Source: Marsupella aquatica
Lineage: Eukaryota > Plantae > Marchantiophyta
Assembly (NCBI GenBank): GCA_973895155.1
Contig: OZ316891.1
Coordinates: 10,169,875 to 10,233,874 of the forward strand
DNA length: 64,000 nt
Direction of reading: 5' to 3'
A program made the position numbers and the translations under genes. Below the pieces are notes generated by a model, which was given only the letters and a program-made list of their open reading frames with translations, had not been told where the DNA came from and did not search any database. This document shows positions 61,001 through 64,000 of the stretch, one piece after another (position 1 is the stretch's first letter; each line of letters begins with the position of its first letter).

Positions 61001-63927
61001 TACCATACAATGACACCTTGTCAATTCGGAAAGATATGTTAATCTCGGTTCGGAATGCAAATTTCCTGTTGCAAGAGACAAAATTCTTTAATATCTGGAG
61101 TCATAGTCTATCAAGACATACTTAATTTTGACAGTTGTGTATCTGGCGAGGGTAGGGTGATGCAGGCTATCAGGACACCTTGGATTGTGCTCGAGCGCTT
61201 GCTGAGGTGAGACAACTTTCACTTTGAATATGGGCAATCACTGTTCTCTGAAACCTGACTGACGCGTTACGATAAATCATTATTGCTGACAAACGTAACA
61301 TGGCTCCTGTTCAGCTACTTGGGATTGATGGAGGGGCCGTGCTTATTGAATCAACTGGGGTCATAGGACAACGAATAAAAAAGGTCAGATCAAGTGTGCC
61401 TACTGCTTTCCTTCCAAGGATTGTGCAACTGTGAAAGCTTGTAATCTTATTTGTAGGAAGAGTATCGTCTCCAAATATGAGTTGACACTGTTATCTTGCT
61501 GAGTTTGGACAACTCCATGGGACTGTTGTGAATTTTCTCGACTACCTTTGTTCCCATTCATGCGTCTTCTTTGGCGCTTTAGTCTCTGTCAGTGCGAATT
61601 ACATGACATCTCTCTCTGAGTCTATGAAAAGCTGGGGTTGGTGGCGTGCTTTTGGACGATGAATTTGTTCCTTTTGGAGATTTATTCAAATTCTGAAGCA
61701 TTGACTGATCCGTGCATCGTTATCCAGGGAGCACTACTCGAGTCTCTACCAAAATTGGTAGCATCTCTTTCTGCTAGTGAGCAAGCGTGAGTTTATCTCG
61801 GGTTTTTTTGCGATCTTAAAAGTAGCTGTTTCACAGCATGAACTTCACAGACTGGCCGTAAACTTGAATCACCAAATAGAAAAACGAGTTTCTGACGTCC
61901 TATGGATTTTAGTCCCCTCAATTGATCCAAGTTTTCCAAGGATCCAAGTTAATTGTTTAATTTTCTTTATGGTTTTTCCTTCATTCAGGGCAGAGTCTGC
62001 GGCCATAGCAATTACAACAACTGATCTTGTCAGTAAAAGTGTTGCCATCCAAACTCTGGTAAGTTTCTTTTACATGATTAGATAAGGCATGTGCATGGGC
62101 CTCTTTAGGCGCCACTGTCCATGACAAAACCTGGATCCACCAGGTTCCACCATTTTTAGTACCTTTTTCCTGAAAATGTGGAGCAAAGTCTAACCCTAGA
62201 GGAGAAGAATGTGAAAAAGGGAGTAGCCTTGGACACTTCTCCTTTTATATGGCCAGTGGTGGTTTAAAGTCAATCACACTTAATCAGCATCGTTAAATTT
62301 ACCCGATCAATTGATGTGGATAACAAAGCTTAAGGGGATCGTATTAGGATGTGGGCAATGGATGAATAATCCAGGGCCTATATGACCTTGCTCTGATTTT
62401 TCTCTGTTTACCCGTTCAAAATGAACAACTGGAGTCTTATTCTATTTGCGTTGCTTTGAAGGTTGGGAGGACTGAAGTGAAACTGGGAGGAATCGCCAAA
62501 GGATCAGGCATGATTCATCCGAACATGGCCACCATGCTCGGAGTAAGATTTCTTTCTGCTCAAGTTTCTCTCTCAAATTAAGACAATTAAGCTAGCTGTG
62601 ATTGGTGATCTCTTGCATCCCCTTCAGTTGAAATGCGCATGCGCTGCACCTAATTAGGCATCTAAGTATTTCCTTGATAAGCAGGTAGTAACCACCGATG
62701 CACGGGTTACAGCAGATGTATGGCGACCTATGGTCTTAACTGCTGTCAACCGCAGCTTCAATCAGATCACTGTAAGTTCCTTAAATTTGATTTTGGGTTA
62801 TTTAGAGCTGATACTCCTGTTATTTACTTCGACATTCTCTTCTGCTTTGTTCTGCACTGGAATTCAACCAAACTGGAGTGTTTGACAGTCGTTGTAATGG
62901 AGCACATTGCTAGGTGGATGGTGACACCAGTACCAATGATACTCTTCTGGCTCTAGCTAGCGGGAAAGCTGGTGGACCTTTGATTGACCGCCTTGATAGT
63001 CCAGCTGCCGAACAGTTGCAAAGTGCACTTGATGCGGTATGCTCATTTTGTTCAAATCATTAACATTGTTTGCGGATTGATTTGTAGCGGCATTTGGTCA
63101 TGACGCAATGAGCGCCCCATGATTTTTTAAGCATTTTGGTTAATCTCTGCCAAATAGGTGTAAAGCTAACTATCGAAGCTTGAAACTATGGACCCCATAG
63201 ATACTGACGTGAAGTTACCTTCAGGTTCTTAAAGGACTGGCGAAGTCGATAGCGTGGGATGGAGAAGGTGCGACATGCCTCATAGAGGTGTGTTTATCTT
63301 GCCAGCCCTTCGCACCAGTAAAGCCTTCTTGGGGTTCGAGGAAGTCAACGTTATGCATTCTTCAACGTTTTCCTCATAGAGATTCTGTCGTTCTGGTTAA
63401 TGTTCTTTCTCTTATTAGTCTGCCTGGTAGTATTTTATTTATTTTGACGAGCCCTCCGCTGATTCTGTCCTCTAGGTGAAGGTGACAGGGGCAGAGACGG
63501 AAGCTGCTGCAGCTGCTGTGGCAAAGTCAGTAGCTGCATCGTCTCTCACAAAGGTAAGAGTGAAATGTGCACTTGGTTGTTTCTATTGCTCTGAGCCTTT
63601 GTATGGCTGAGCTAACCCTTCATAGGACCATAATTTACGTGTTTCTGTCACATAGAAGTTTGGGGCTGTCGCAGTTTTGTGAACATATTGTCTCGTCTAG
63701 TATTAAACGGCTGAAACGCTCGTCATGTGACTCAAAGCTTGCATACTTAACTGTCGTATTCTGGTATGTTGTGGAGCGCAGGCTGCTATTTACGGAAGGG
63801 ACCCCAATTGGGGGCGCATTGCCTGTGCAGCGGGCTACTCGGGTGTTCCTTTTGACCCTCTTGAACTCCGGATTCAGCTCGGTGACTTTTTGCTAATGGA
63901 TGCTGGCCAACCGATCGCTTTTGACCG
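58068..63927 (+). CDS. argJ: Plastid arginine biosynthesis bifunctional protein ArgJ (ornithine acetyltransferase); at least 16 exons, 3' end beyond the window
   Basis: Exons 58068-58145, 58932-59033, 59907-60017, then further exons up to 63782-63927. Motifs [67 protein letters not shown]|TMLG (autoproteolysis Thr), [24 protein letters not shown]. Confidence 0.96.
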
Positions 63928-64000
63928 GTATTGTGTACTTCAACACTTGATGTATCTCGGTGCTCAAGATCATTCTGGATCATAGTTGGCTTGTTCTGAT

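Overview
This is intron-rich eukaryotic DNA from a non-seed land plant, probably a bryophyte such as a liverwort (inferred from gene structure and element content). I reconstructed six spliced host genes by hand from GT-AG junctions: a plastid-type TraB/GumN-like conserved protein (1427-4019, -), a GT37 fucosyltransferase (8894-11415, -), a small conserved membrane protein (15390-16025, -), NAP1 (30064-34320, +), plastid acyl carrier protein (48548-49909, +) and plastid ArgJ ornithine acetyltransferase (58068 to beyond the window end, +). Mobile DNA comprises a full-length Ty1/copia element with identical 421-bp LTRs and a CTTGA target-site duplication but a broken pol (39174-45670), a Replitron-type HUH endonuclease locus with repeat arrays and a hairpin plus iteron-like end (about 19.0-23.3 kb), and two copies of one MITE family. 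Four observations stand out. (1) ArgJ's two transit-peptide exons are paralogous to those of the neighbouring ACP gene. (2) A tandem ~195-bp unit consists of a 17-bp TGT..ACA mini-LTR, a Met-PBS-like sequence and a tRNA-like Pol III cassette. (3) The Replitron locus has an unusual architecture. (4) A single in-frame TGA sits exactly at the copia gag-pol boundary. All identifications come from motif recognition by eye; no database searches were run.
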